Shown here one piece after another: positions 63,300-64,000 of a DNA stretch of 64,000 nt. Position 1 is the first letter of the stretch. Every line of letters begins with the position of its first letter. The notes under the pieces were generated by a model that was not told where the DNA came from, ran no database searches, and worked only from the letters and a program-made list of their open reading frames with translations. Origin of the DNA: Octopus sinensis (Eukaryota); assembly GCF_006345805.1 (NCBI RefSeq), contig NC_043022.1, forward strand, positions 24,118,001 through 24,182,000, in the 5' to 3' direction. Position numbers and translations under genes: made by a program.

Positions 63300-64000
63300 T
63301 ATCATCATCATCATCATCATCATTTAAAGTCCGTTGTCCATGCTGTCATTGTTTGAATGGTTTGACCACAGCTGGTAAGCTGGAAGGCTGCACCAGACTC
63401 CAGTCTGATTTGGCATTGTTTGTTCCTTCTCAAGCCATGCCTGGCTCATATGGGCCGGTTCCCCGGTTTCTTGGCATATAGGATTCCCCCCCTGGATGGG
63501 ACACCAGTCCATCACAGGTGAGCTGCATGATGCAGGAGGAAAGAGTGAGAGAAAGTTGTGGCAAAAGAGTCAGCAGAAGTTCGCCATTATTTTCTGCCGG
63601 AGCCATGTGGAGCTTAGGTGTTTTCGCTCATAAACACACATATCGCCGGGTCTGAGATTCGAACCCGCGATCTCTCGACCATGAGTCCGCTGCTCTAACC
63701 ACTAGGCCATGTACCTCCACATCTGATTTGACATGGATGGATGGATGCCCTTCTATGGATGGATGCCCTTCCTAACTCCAACCACTCCAAGAATATAATG
63801 GGTACATTTACGTGCCACTGGCATGGGTGCCATTTGCATGACACCAGTATCTGCGATTTTGTTTGGCTTCATGGGTCTTCTTCTCAAGCATGACATAATG
63901 CCAAAGGTCTTGGTTATTGACTCCGTGAGGCCCAACACTCGAAAGGAACTCAGACACCTTACCTCTGTGAGGTGACTGACCTGAAATTTTGCAAGGTGGG
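63300..64000 (-). mobile_element. RTE-like LINE 3' end including a decayed ORF2 C-terminus; interrupted by SINE D
   Basis: Minus strand reads LGLTES..(frameshift)..DLWHYVMLEKKTHEAK, like the RTE terminal DR..WR..V motif; continues into the family C 3' UTR. Confidence 0.62.
63417..63721 (-). mobile_element. SINE family D with 13-bp TSD
   Basis: TCTGATTTG(G/A)CAT at 63404-16 and 63722-34; A/B-box head. Confidence 0.9.

Overview
Repeat-dense, gene-poor animal genomic DNA, most likely Octopus (inferred from the SINE families and the extreme TA/CA/GATA microsatellite load). No complete protein-coding gene is recognisable; nearly all ORFs in the track are translated microsatellites or SINEs. Supported features: many copies of several tRNA-derived SINE families, 3' ends of RTE-, CR1- and L1/Tx1-like LINEs, MITEs, Helitron-like fragments, one atypical tRNA-Lys(UUU) gene with a Pol III terminator, a decayed C2H2 zinc-finger fragment, a 214-bp near-perfect palindrome, a 1.8-kb CpG-rich 62/59-bp heterodimeric minisatellite (30 units) and a 100-N gap. 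The most striking feature is at 43784-44210: a ~350-nt, hairpin-tiled unit with 76-77 nt of terminal redundancy that carries a canonical, full-length type I hammerhead ribozyme (CUGACGA core, GUC cleavage site, palindromic stem III), i.e. a retrozyme-like element whose architecture fits reverse transcription of a circular RNA. A second, unrelated 4-copy repeat family carries a minimal Penelope-type hammerhead-like fold with a non-canonical core. One SINE family shares its 3' tail with the Tx1-like LINE fragment in the same window.
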